Source of the DNA: Clostridia bacterium
GTDB lineage: Bacteria; Bacillota; Clostridia; Christensenellales; UBA1242
DNA: 64,000 nucleotides
Assembly (NCBI GenBank): GCA_045534265.1
Contig: JAZSJH010000005.1
Coordinates: forward strand, 22,234 to 86,233
Direction: 5' to 3'
The notes below the pieces were generated by a model. The model was not told the DNA's origin. It ran no database searches and saw only the letters and a list, made by a program, of their open reading frames with translations. This document shows, piece by piece, positions 29,543 through 37,865 of this stretch; positions within the stretch are counted from its first letter, which is position 1, and the number at the start of each line of letters is the position of its first letter. A program made the translations under genes and the position numbers.

Positions 29543-30427
29543 ATGGCGCCACATCGTTATGGTTGGGAACATATATTATATATAGTGATATTTTTAGCAG
29601 TATCTATTACTGGTCTTATATTTGCAAAAAAATATGCAAAATCAGAAAAAGCTCAATTTTGGGTTGTAAAAGGAGTAGGAATTGCTCTACTTGTAGCAAT
29701 TATTGCAAATCGAACTTCTATAGTATTCAAAACACCCGTTCCAGAATATAAATGGTTTTGGACAGATAGCTTTTGTGGATTTAGTAGTTTAGTATTGTCT
29801 TTGGCTACGGTATTTGGTAAAAAAGACAATGATATATTACAATTTATATGGCTTGTAGCTTTAGCGGGTGGAACTATTACTACATTTTATCCAGACTTTT
29901 TGGGTCAAAACCCATCATTTATGTATATACCAACAATAACAGGGCTTTTGCATCATAGCATATCAGCTCTTACTGTTATTACATTATTCCTTTTTGGTTG
30001 GATCAAACTTACATACAAAAGATGGCGTTGTGTTGTATTTGGATTTACAGCAATGATTACTTTTGGTTGCTTTTTGATGCATGTAATGGGCTTCCATGAT
30101 GCTTTTTCTATTGTAAATCCTGTTCTTGAAAACTCTCCATTTACTGTATGGGTTATTGCCCCAATGTTTATAGTTTTATATTCAGCTATCATGGTTGCTG
30201 TAGAACTTATAAGAAAATATCGCAATAAAAATAGCGGAGAAGTGGTAGCTAGTGTACCTGCAGGAAATGTTGTAGAAACACAATCTCAAGTAGAGGAAGT
30301 AAAAGAAACAGCAAAGCCAGTAGAAACAAAGAAAACAACAACTAAAGCAAAGCCTGCAACTTCTACAAAAACTCAGGCTACAAAACAAACTTCAAAAAAA
30401 CATCTAGTAAAAAAAACAACAAAATAA
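29543..30427 (+). CDS. polytopic integral membrane protein, paralog-like neighbour of 28656, with Lys/Thr-rich C-terminal tail
   Basis: GGAGG RBS. About 7 helices. The tail is ETKKTTTKAKPATSTKTQATKQTSKKHLVKKTTK. Confidence 0.55.
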   Translation: MAPHRYGWEHILYIVIFLAVSITGLIFAKKYAKSEKAQFWVVKGVGIALLVAIIANRTSIVFKTPVPEYKWFWTDSFCGFSSLVLSLATVFGKKDNDILQFIWLVALAGGTITTFYPDFLGQNPSFMYIPTITGLLHHSISALTVITLFLFGWIKLTYKRWRCVVFGFTAMITFGCFLMHVMGFHDAFSIVNPVLENSPFTVWVIAPMFIVLYSAIMVAVELIRKYRNKNSGEVVASVPAGNVVETQSQVEEVKETAKPVETKKTTTKAKPATSTKTQATKQTSKKHLVKKTTK

Positions 30428-30573
30428 TTGAAATAAATAATAAAACCGCCTTTAGATAATTAAATCTAAGGGCGGTCCTTTGTTTTTTAATAGTATAAAA
30501 TAGTTGTGTGATAATGGTGGCACAGATGTTACTGTTGTAGGGGAGAGGTCCTTATAATAATGACCAGATAAAT

Positions 30574-30607
30574 AAAAAAAGAGAAGCCATAAGACTTCTC
30601 AATTTTT
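30574..30607 (-). terminator. terminator of the minus-strand tRNA operon
   Basis: On the - strand, GAGAAG-tcttatgg-CTTCTC followed by a U-run, directly after tRNA-Leu. Confidence 0.7.
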
Positions 30608-30690
30608 TGGTGCGGATGAGAGGAATCGAACCCCCACTCTCTCGAACTAGATCCTAAGTCTAGCGCGTCTGCCAGTTCCGCCACATCCGC
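30608..30690 (-). tRNA. tRNA-Leu (anticodon TAG)
   Basis: Reverse complement is GCGGATG..CTAGA-CTTAGGA-TCTAG..GGGGGTTCGATTCCTCT-CATCCGC-A-CCA. Long variable region, encoded CCA. Confidence 0.85.
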
Positions 30691-30693
30691 ATG

Positions 30694-30769
30694 TGGTGAT
30701 CCATCCGCGGTTCGAACGCGGGACCCCTTGATTAAAAGTCAAGTGCTCTACCAGCTGAGCTAATGGATC
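30694..30769 (-). tRNA. tRNA-Lys (anticodon TTT)
   Basis: Reverse complement is GATCCAT TAGCTCAGCTGGTAGAGC..CTTGA-CTTTTAA-TCAAG..GCGTTCGAACCGC-ATGGATC-A-CCA. Confidence 0.92.
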
Positions 30770-30782
30770 ATATTAAATTAAA

Positions 30783-30857
30783 TGGCTGGGGTGGCAAGAT
30801 TCGAACTTACGCGTGTCAGAGTCAAAGTCTGATGCCTTACCGCTTGGCTACACCCCA
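30783..30857 (-). tRNA. tRNA-Gln (anticodon TTG)
   Basis: Reverse complement is TGGGGTG TAGCCAAGCGGTAAGGC..TCAGA-CTTTGAC-TCTGA..TTCGAATC..CACCCCA-G-CCA. Confidence 0.9.
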
Positions 30858-30881
30858 TTATTAAATTGCGGTAATCTTTTT

Positions 30882-30956
30882 TGGCTGGGGTGGTAGGATT
30901 TGAACCCACGAATGCGGGAGTCAGAGACCCGTGCCTTACCGCTTGGCTACACCCCA
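30882..30956 (-). tRNA. tRNA-Gln (anticodon CTG)
   Basis: Same acceptor and D arm as the neighbouring Gln gene. The anticodon loop is CTCTGAC. There is a T-T opposition at 31-39. Confidence 0.85.
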
Positions 30957-30974
30957 CTAAAGTAGTGTGTTTAT

Positions 30975-31052
30975 TGGGGTGAAAGATGGGGCTCGAACCC
31001 ACGACCTCCAGAGCCACAATCTGGCGCTCTAGCCAACTGAGCTACAATCACC
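30975..31052 (-). tRNA. tRNA-His (anticodon GTG) with G-1; acceptor stem carries two U-U mismatches
   Basis: Reverse complement is G-GTGATTG TAGCTCAGTTGGCTAGAGC..CCAGA-TTGTGGC-TCTGG..GTGGGTTCGAGCCCCAT-CTTTCAC-C-CCA. Positions 5-68 and 6-67 are T opposite T. Confidence 0.8.
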
Positions 31053-31056
31053 ATAA

Positions 31057-31133
31057 TGGTGTACCAGAAGGGATTCGAACCCCTGACACCCGCCTTAGAA
31101 GGGCGGTGCTCTATCCAGCTGAGCTACTGGTAC
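31057..31133 (-). tRNA. tRNA-Arg (anticodon TCT)
   Basis: Reverse complement is GTACCAG TAGCTCAGCTGGATAGAGC..CCGCC-CTTCTAA-GGCGG..GGGGTTCGAATCCCT-CTGGTAC-A-CCA. Confidence 0.92.
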
Positions 31134-31160
31134 GTAAACACAACCTTTCTAGGTTGCCAA

Positions 31161-31234
31161 TGGAGCGGGTGATGGGAATCGGACCCACGCAGCCAGCTTG
31201 GAAGGCTGGAACTCTACCATTGAGCTACACCCGC
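31161..31234 (-). tRNA. tRNA-Gly (anticodon TCC)
   Basis: Reverse complement is GCGGGTG TAGCTCAATGGTAGAGT..CCAGC-CTTCCAA-GCTGG..TGGGTCCGATTCCCA-CACCCGC-T-CCA. Confidence 0.92.
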
Positions 31235-31266
31235 AAGGTAGTCATTCGTTCTTTGTGAACGTGATA

Positions 31267-31295
31267 ATAATACCACACTATTTACATGTTGTCAA
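31267..31295 (-). promoter_or_regulatory. promoter of the tRNA operon (TTGACA-17-TATTAT with TG extension)
   Basis: The - strand reads TTGACA acatgtaaatagtgTGg TATTAT, ending about 30 nt upstream of tRNA-Gly. Confidence 0.55.
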
Positions 31296-31391
31296 CAAAA
31301 AAAACAAAAAAAATAATATTTTTTAATTTTTTTATTTTTTTGTTATAATTATCAGTTTTATTCATAAAATATAGTTAAGGGGGAGCAAAAT

Positions 31392-31595
31392 ATGAGAATT
31401 ATTAATATTATTGCCTATATTTTGGTAATTATCGGCGGGATTAACTGGTTTATTATCGGTGTATCTGGTTTTGACCTAGTGGCAGGAATCTTTGGAACAC
31501 TTAGTGTAGTATCTCGTATTATCTACATTTTGGTTGGTCTTTCTGCTATGTGGCTTATTATTTCGCCTATTATTAATAGAAAATTAGAATTATAA
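31392..31595 (+). CDS. DUF378 family small membrane protein
   Basis: 67 aa. IGGINWFIIGVSGFDLVAGIFG is the characteristic DUF378 block. GGGGGAG RBS. Confidence 0.7.
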   Translation: MRIINIIAYILVIIGGINWFIIGVSGFDLVAGIFGTLSVVSRIIYILVGLSAMWLIISPIINRKLEL

Positions 31596-31742
31596 AAAAG
31601 GCTTTTTTGCCTATATAAAATAGCTAAGGTGTATATCTTGGCTTTTTTTATTAGTTTTATAAAGCAAAACCTATGCCAAAACTTTATATATGCAAAAAAA
31701 TATGTTATAATATATTATATAAAGATTAATTTGGAGGCCACT

Positions 31743-32387
31743 ATGAATATCCAAATGGCAGGCATAAGAAATGTAAAAGACGCCCTAATGTGCACTGATT
31801 GCGGGGTGAATATTATTGGACTTTTGGTAGGACAAACACATAATAGTGATGACTTTATAACCAAAGAACTTGCAAAAGAAATCAAACAAGCTCTTCCAAA
31901 CACGGTTAAAACAACGCTAATAACCCACCTAGAAGACGCAAAAGAAATAATTAATATTGCAAAATTTATAGGTGTTGATTATATTCAGCTTCACTCACAT
32001 TTGAAAGAGAGCGAAGTAGAAAAGGTAAGAAAAGCCCTTCCTGACAAAAAACTTTTAAGACTTATACATATAAATAGTGATGGTACACTCCTTACCGACA
32101 TTAGCAAAATCAAAATCGCCGACTTTTATTTTACCGATAGCATTAATAAAAAGACCAATCAAGTAGGCGGAACAGGACTTACTCACAACCTAGACACAGA
32201 CAAAATGCTAGTTGAAACTTTAGATAAACCAGTATTTATAGCTGGTGGACTAAATCCAGATAATGTTGGTGCTGCAGTAAAATACTGTAATCCTTATGGG
32301 GTAGATGTAAATAGTGGCTGTAGAGCAAAAGACGGCAGCAGGGATAAGGCAAAAGTTATAGCCTTTGTCAAAAACGCAAATATATAA
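31743..32387 (+). CDS. phosphoribosylanthranilate isomerase (TrpF)-like TIM-barrel protein
   Basis: N-terminus IQMAGIRNVKDA, GVDYIQLH, NQVGGTGLTHNLD (compare GGTGxxFDW) and FIAGGLNPDNV. GGAGG RBS before ATG 31743. No other trp genes are in the window. Confidence 0.65.
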   Translation: MNIQMAGIRNVKDALMCTDCGVNIIGLLVGQTHNSDDFITKELAKEIKQALPNTVKTTLITHLEDAKEIINIAKFIGVDYIQLHSHLKESEVEKVRKALPDKKLLRLIHINSDGTLLTDISKIKIADFYFTDSINKKTNQVGGTGLTHNLDTDKMLVETLDKPVFIAGGLNPDNVGAAVKYCNPYGVDVNSGCRAKDGSRDKAKVIAFVKNANI

Positions 32388-32396
32388 AAATAATTA

Positions 32397-32427
32397 AAAC
32401 ACCTAATCAAAACGGGTGTTTTTTTAT
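32397..32427 (+). terminator. intrinsic terminator
   Basis: ACACC-taatcaaaacg-GGTGT followed by a T7 run. Confidence 0.7.
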
Positions 32428-32500
32428 TAAAAATGTTTTTGTGGGGTATTTTTGGTACATAAACTTTGCTAAACTAAAAGTGTAAAAGGGAGGTAAGTCT

Positions 32501-32647
32501 ATGCCTAAATTTATGGAAAACAAAAAGTGGTTTATTTGGGACAAGCGAAGATGGAGATATAAACTAACAAAGCTTGGTAAGCAAAATATAGAAGTGGTGC
32601 AAAGCTACGAAGAATTTTATAAAAATATTAGGATTGAATATGTATGA
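32501..32647 (+). CDS. micro-ORF, 48 aa, basic and Trp-rich (MPKFMENKKWFIWDKRRWRYKLTKLGKQNIEVVQSYEEFYKNIRIEYV)
   Basis: Not in the ORF track (under 60 aa). Strong RBS AAGGGAGGT 7 nt before the ATG. Confidence 0.4.
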   Translation: MPKFMENKKWFIWDKRRWRYKLTKLGKQNIEVVQSYEEFYKNIRIEYV

Positions 32648-32739
32648 TAGTTTTTGTTTTTATTTATTTTTTGTATAGATTTTATTACAACATTTCGCGT
32701 TGGTAAAAAACTTTTAATAAAAAGTGAGGTAAAAAAAAT

Positions 32740-32805
32740 ATGTTTAGTCTACTTTTTACAACAATGTGTAGCCTAGGACTTATTTGCGTTAGTTTGAAAA
32801 AATAA
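32740..32805 (+). CDS. micro-ORF, 21 aa hydrophobic peptide (MFSLLFTTMCSLGLICVSLKK)
   Basis: RBS GTGAGGT about 9 nt upstream. A single TM-length hydrophobic stretch ends in KK. Confidence 0.3.
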   Translation: MFSLLFTTMCSLGLICVSLKK

Positions 32806-32887
32806 TTGTTTTAGTTAATTTGCGGCGGGGTATTTTGCTGTTGCAAGGTGGGTGATTTTGTGCTATAATAAAATCATAGGAGATATT

Positions 32888-33046
32888 ATGGACAAGTTAA
32901 AACTACTTATGCTGGCTGAAAGTCAAGATGTAGAGGCTTTTGAAGATTATGAACTTGAAGAAGAAAATCAAACAAAAAAGCAAAAATACAAAGACTTTTA
33001 TGATGACGTAAAACAACCTAGTGATTATATCAAAGAAGATTGGTAA
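32888..33046 (+). CDS. small acidic protein (52 aa)
   Basis: AGGAG RBS before ATG 32888. MDKLKLLMLAESQDVEAFEDYELEEENQ... Confidence 0.4.
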   Translation: MDKLKLLMLAESQDVEAFEDYELEEENQTKKQKYKDFYDDVKQPSDYIKEDW

Positions 33047-33171
33047 GATTATTTTGAAAAAGTAGTTTTATCAATTTTTTTATTTGTAAAAACCTGTTAG
33101 TTTATCTCAAAATCATTGACATTTTTGGTGTATAAAATATACAATATTTATGTAAAAAAGGAGTTTAGATT

Positions 33172-33969
33172 ATGGTAAAAAAAGCAATTATTTTATGCGG
33201 TGGCAATGGTACTAGATTTTTGCCTATAACAAAAGTTTTTCCTAAAGAAATGCTACCTATTATTAATAAGCCAGCTTTGGAGTTTCATTTGAAAGAATGT
33301 AAAGAAGCGGGTATAAAAGATGTTCTTATCATTATCAATAAAAGAAAAGAAATGATGAAAAAGTATTTTGAAAAGGACGAATACTTTGACAAGCTTATCG
33401 GAAGTACCGGACTTGAAGATATGAATATATCTTTTGAATACCAAGGCGAAAAGAAGGGTACTGGCGGAGCTTTGATGGTGGCAAAAGATTTTGCTGCGGG
33501 TGATGATGTGGCGGTTCTTTTTGGTGATGACCATTTTATTGGCAGTGCAACAAAAGAGCTTGTTGAAGTTTTTGACAAATATAAAACTGACATTGTTGGC
33601 GTAAAGAGATGTTTGACTGATGATATTACAAGCTATGGCGTTATGATAGGTCAAGAAGTAGAAGATGGTATTATGAAATGCACGGGCGTTAAAGAAAAAC
33701 CACCAATTACAGATATCCCATCTAGATACTATGCCGTAGGTAGATATATTTGCAAAGGCGATATTTTTGAAAGACTTGAGAGCGTAAAACAAAATCCAAA
33801 TGGCGAATATTATCTAGCTGATGCCTTTGATGGTTTTGTTTCTGCATATATTAATTGCGAGCGTTATGACCTTGGTTCTAAACCGGGATATGTTAAAGCT
33901 ATGATTTACCACGGACTAAACAGCGAGTGGAGCGAAGAAATAAGAGAATTTATAAAAGAAATGTTGTAA
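33172..33969 (+). CDS. galU: UTP--glucose-1-phosphate uridylyltransferase (GalU-like nucleotidyltransferase)
   Basis: KAIILCGGNGTRFLPITKVFPKEMLPIINKP matches the GalU N-terminal signature (GxGTRxLPxTKxxPKEMLP). Confidence 0.8.
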   Translation: MVKKAIILCGGNGTRFLPITKVFPKEMLPIINKPALEFHLKECKEAGIKDVLIIINKRKEMMKKYFEKDEYFDKLIGSTGLEDMNISFEYQGEKKGTGGALMVAKDFAAGDDVAVLFGDDHFIGSATKELVEVFDKYKTDIVGVKRCLTDDITSYGVMIGQEVEDGIMKCTGVKEKPPITDIPSRYYAVGRYICKGDIFERLESVKQNPNGEYYLADAFDGFVSAYINCERYDLGSKPGYVKAMIYHGLNSEWSEEIREFIKEML

Positions 33970-33970
33970 T

Positions 33971-36091
33971 ATGAAAAATTTAGAAATTTTAGCGCCGGCG
34001 GGGAACATTGATTCTCTAAAAGTTGCTATAAATAGCGGCGCAAATGCCGTTTACCTTGGACTTCAAAATTTTAACGCAAGAAACAAGGCAGACAATTTTA
34101 CAGAAGAAAATATAAAGCAAGTTGTTGAGTATTGCCATTTAAGGGATGTTAAGGTTTATCTTACAGTTAATACCTTGGTAAAGACCGAAGAAACAGTGCA
34201 ATTACTTAATATGATAAGGGCGTGTGTAGATGCAAAAGTTGATGCTTATATAGTTCAAGACTATGGTGTAGCATATCTTTTGAAAAACACTTTCAAAAAT
34301 ATCAATCTTCACGCTAGTACCCAAATGGGCATTCACAACCTAATGGGCGCAAAAGTTGCTCAAAAATTTGGCTTTAGCAGAGTTGTCTTGTCTAGAGAGA
34401 CAACCCTAGAAGATATATTGCAAATATCCCAAGAAACAAACCTTGAGATTGAATATTTTGTTCAAGGGGCTTTGTGTGTTGCTTTTTCGGGCAATTGCTA
34501 CCTTAGCAGCCTTTGCCATAGCGAAAGTGGTAACCGTGGAAGATGTTTGCAACTATGTAGGCTAAAATACAAAGCAATCCTTGACGGCAAACAAATAAAT
34601 AACGGGTATTTATTATCTCCAACGGACTTGTCCTTGGTGGATAAGTTGCAACTTTTGAAAGATGCAGGTGTTACTAGCCTTAAAATAGAAGGTAGAAACA
34701 GGCGTCCAGGGTATGTTGGAGCTGTGGTAAAAGAATATTTTAACGCAATAAATGGTGGACTTTGTGATAAGACAAGTTTTGAAAAGACTTTTTATCGTGG
34801 TAAATATAATGATGGCTTGTACCTTCAAACCAAAAACCCAAATGTTATAAACAAAGAATACCAAAACCACAGGGGTGTGGAGATTGGGTATGTCAAATCA
34901 ATCAGGCCTTTCAAAAACCTAAATGAGATAGTCGTTTACTCAACACACAATCTTGTTCAAAATGACGGGGTGAAGTTTGTTGGAAAAAATGAAATCAGTC
35001 TTGGTGTTGGTTCGGTAAAAAGTTTGGGCAATAACATATATAGCCTGATAACCACCGCAAAACCTGAAGTAAAAGACAAAATGTATTTGACCGTTGACAA
35101 AGAATGGGAAGATTCTATTTGTAATATAAACGACAAACTACCGATAAAAGCTCGCTTTGTAGGAAAGGTAGAACAAAGGGCAGTTCTTGTTATGTCATAC
35201 AAAGATAGTGAGATAGCAGTTGAGAGCGAATCGGTTTTGGATAAGGCAAAGAATGCTCCACTAACCAAAGAAAATATACAGTCAGCTATATCAAAGCTAG
35301 GAGATAGTGACTTTATACTTGTTAGCTTTGAATGTGATATAGACGATATATTTATGCCAAAGTCTACTATAAATGATTTGAGAAGAAAGGCGGCGGATAA
35401 ATTATTTGCAGAGATTATAGAAAACTATAACCTAAACAATATAAAAGACATAACTGGAGTGGCTTTTGATCAAAAAAATATTATAAGCAAAAAAATATCT
35501 TGCATTGTTATAAATGAGCAGTCAGTATTTGACGAAACAAGGGATATTATTATATCTCCACAAGACTATAACGATATATCTGCTATAAAAGCTATAAGAC
35601 ATAAGGCAAAAGGTAAGGTATATCTAAATTTGCCTATAGTTGCAAATAGTCAAGATTTGCAAGTACTACTTAACCTTACAAATGCAGTAGACTTTGATGG
35701 TGTTATTGCAAATAATATATATGGGCTAGGATATCCAGCAAAGAAAGTTATAGGCGGACTTGGTCTTAATATTGTAAACAATTATGCTGTAAACTTTATT
35801 AACGAATTAGGCATAGATACTTATACAAAATCTATAGAAGATTATTTGAGTAAAGGCCTTGGCGGCGGTAATGAATATTGTGGTAAATTGCCACTTATGA
35901 CACTTTGTCATTGTCCATATAAAGTAAACTTTGGTGGGGATTGCTCAAAATGCCACTATAAGCTAGGGCTTACATATAGACAAGAAAGCGGCAAAGAGTT
36001 TGAAATAAGAAGATATAGATTGCATAATTGCTACTTTGAGCTTCTTGGCAAAACAAAAAACGAAAGCGGCGATATAGAAGATATAAGATAA
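33971..36091 (+). CDS. peptidase U32 family protein (long form, 706 aa)
   Basis: LEILAPAGNIDSLKVAINSGANAVYLG and E.FVQGALCVAFSGNCYLSS are U32 signatures. Confidence 0.85.
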   Translation: MKNLEILAPAGNIDSLKVAINSGANAVYLGLQNFNARNKADNFTEENIKQVVEYCHLRDVKVYLTVNTLVKTEETVQLLNMIRACVDAKVDAYIVQDYGVAYLLKNTFKNINLHASTQMGIHNLMGAKVAQKFGFSRVVLSRETTLEDILQISQETNLEIEYFVQGALCVAFSGNCYLSSLCHSESGNRGRCLQLCRLKYKAILDGKQINNGYLLSPTDLSLVDKLQLLKDAGVTSLKIEGRNRRPGYVGAVVKEYFNAINGGLCDKTSFEKTFYRGKYNDGLYLQTKNPNVINKEYQNHRGVEIGYVKSIRPFKNLNEIVVYSTHNLVQNDGVKFVGKNEISLGVGSVKSLGNNIYSLITTAKPEVKDKMYLTVDKEWEDSICNINDKLPIKARFVGKVEQRAVLVMSYKDSEIAVESESVLDKAKNAPLTKENIQSAISKLGDSDFILVSFECDIDDIFMPKSTINDLRRKAADKLFAEIIENYNLNNIKDITGVAFDQKNIISKKISCIVINEQSVFDETRDIIISPQDYNDISAIKAIRHKAKGKVYLNLPIVANSQDLQVLLNLTNAVDFDGVIANNIYGLGYPAKKVIGGLGLNIVNNYAVNFINELGIDTYTKSIEDYLSKGLGGGNEYCGKLPLMTLCHCPYKVNFGGDCSKCHYKLGLTYRQESGKEFEIRRYRLHNCYFELLGKTKNESGDIEDIR

Positions 36092-36166
36092 AAGTTTTGT
36101 TGATATATTAATAGTAAAATAGTTTTTATTGTGGTAAAATGATTTTATACAAAAGAGAGGAATTAT

Positions 36167-37084
36167 ATGAGTAAACAAAATTCATATCAACGCCAAAGAG
36201 TTAGTGGCTATATACTAAAGGTTCTTCAATCTTTAGGTGGTAATGCTTCAAAACAGCAAATAAAAGATGGAATAGTTGAAGATGAGAAGATAAATATCTC
36301 TTATGAAGATGTTTATACCCCTATTAAAGCTGAGAAAACTGGTAACTTATATATTCCATTTAATTGGGATTTTAATTTTGGGCTTCAAGACCTACTTGCT
36401 TTAGGATATATTGAAAAATACAATAGGACTACGAATATCGTTCTAACAGAAATGGGAAGAAAGGCAGATTGTATTAATTTTCCAAATAATGATGAAGAGA
36501 TAAAATTAAGTGTATTCTGGAAACAAAAGAGTCATAAAAAACAAAAAAACAAGAATAATGATGTTGAGGCTGAAACAAATATAGAAGAAATAAAAGATGA
36601 CTTATTGGATATAGATACTTTACGCAGTAACCTTTTAGATAAGATTAAGGCTTTTAGCCCTAAAAAGTTTGAAAGTTTTTCTAGATTACTTTTATCAAAA
36701 ATGGGTATAGTTTTTGACAAAACAAAAGGTGTAAAAATGTCTAATGACCATGGTATTGATGGGGAAGGTATTTTCGAGTCTGATGAGTTTAGAACAAGTA
36801 AAGTTGTTATTCAGTGTAAAAGATATACCGATGGACATATCGGAGAACCCGCAATTGATGCCTTTAGGGGTGTAATTTCCAAGCATTTTGCCGATTATGG
36901 TGTATTTATTACAACAACTTACTTCTCGGAAAATGCAAAGAAAGCTGCTTGTCAATCACATCCAACAATAACATTAATAGATGGACAAAGGCTTATAGAT
37001 TTAATAGTAAAATATGGAGTGGGGGTAAAAGAAGTGCTTATTCCAAGTTATAGTATTGATGAATATTATAATGAAAAAGATTAA
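36167..37084 (+). CDS. mrr: Mrr-family (type IV, modification-dependent) restriction endonuclease
   Basis: N-terminal winged-helix (Mrr_N-like). C-terminal catalytic block NDHGIDGEG...VVIQCKRY...GVFITTTYFSENAKKAA (D-GIDG / Q-x-K-R-Y). Confidence 0.78.
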   Translation: MSKQNSYQRQRVSGYILKVLQSLGGNASKQQIKDGIVEDEKINISYEDVYTPIKAEKTGNLYIPFNWDFNFGLQDLLALGYIEKYNRTTNIVLTEMGRKADCINFPNNDEEIKLSVFWKQKSHKKQKNKNNDVEAETNIEEIKDDLLDIDTLRSNLLDKIKAFSPKKFESFSRLLLSKMGIVFDKTKGVKMSNDHGIDGEGIFESDEFRTSKVVIQCKRYTDGHIGEPAIDAFRGVISKHFADYGVFITTTYFSENAKKAACQSHPTITLIDGQRLIDLIVKYGVGVKEVLIPSYSIDEYYNEKD

Positions 37085-37178
37085 TATATAATTGAGATTT
37101 AGCTTTAAGGCTAAATCTTTTTTTTAGAAACTAATTAAAAACGATACTATTATTATATTTTTATGATATAATCGTGAT

Positions 37179-37865
37179 ATGGAAAGATTATCAAGAACAA
37201 GCCTTTTGCTTGGAGAAGAAAAAGTAAATAGATTAAAGTCATCAGCCGTTGCTGTTTTTGGGGTTGGTGGTGTAGGCGGTTTTGTAGTCGAAGCCCTAGC
37301 TCGCAGCGGCGTTGGAACACTTATATTGATAGATGGTGATGTTGTGGCCGAAAGCAACATCAATAGACAAATAATCGCCTTAACTTCTACCGTTGGCAAG
37401 CCAAAAGTCGAAGTGATGAAAGAGCGTATACTAGATATAAACCCAGATGCAAAAGTTGTGGTTTATAATCAATTTTTTGAAAAAGAAAATGCAGACAAGA
37501 TAGATATATCTAAGGCAGATTATGTTGTTGACTGTATAGACAGAGTTACAAACAAAGTTGACCTTATTAAGTGGGCAAAAAAGCAAAATAAAAAAGTAAT
37601 TAGCGCAATGGGGGCAGGCAATAAACTAGACCCAACCAAGTTTGAAGTTGCAGATATTTACAAAACATCAGTTTGTCCGCTAGCAAAAATTATGCGCAAA
37701 TTACTAAAAGAAAGAAATATACAAGACCTAAAGGTCGTTTATAGTAAAGAACTTCCTATAAAAAATGACGAAAAGTACGAAGGCAAAGCTGTTTGTGGCA
37801 GTGTTGCTTTTGTTCCGTCTTGTATGGGACTTATAATGGCAGGGCAGGTAATAAAAGATTTATAA
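37179..37865 (+). CDS. tcdA: tRNA threonylcarbamoyladenosine dehydratase (ThiF/E1-like)
   Basis: VAVFGVGGVGGFVVEALARSGVGTLILIDGD Rossmann motif, and VCPLAKIMRK. Confidence 0.78.
   Translation: MERLSRTSLLLGEEKVNRLKSSAVAVFGVGGVGGFVVEALARSGVGTLILIDGDVVAESNINRQIIALTSTVGKPKVEVMKERILDINPDAKVVVYNQFFEKENADKIDISKADYVVDCIDRVTNKVDLIKWAKKQNKKVISAMGAGNKLDPTKFEVADIYKTSVCPLAKIMRKLLKERNIQDLKVVYSKELPIKNDEKYEGKAVCGSVAFVPSCMGLIMAGQVIKDL

Noticed and set aside
29518-29751. ORF 29518-29751 (+, 77 aa), out of frame with the 29543 membrane-protein gene
   Set aside because: The 29543 frame has a GGAGG RBS and continuous TM-helix periodicity over 294 aa. The alternative frame is short and Cys/Ser-rich noise.
30882-30956. 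T-T opposition at positions 31-39 of tRNA-Gln(CTG) as a sign of a pseudogene
   Set aside because: A single non-Watson-Crick 31-39 pair is tolerated in many tRNAs, and the rest of the molecule is canonical. I did not consider it significant on its own.
30778-31258. ORF-track entries 30778-31017 (-) and 30986-31258 (+), 79 and 90 aa
   Set aside because: They lie entirely over the seven-tRNA cluster. The open frames are a by-product of G+C-rich tRNA sequence, not genes.
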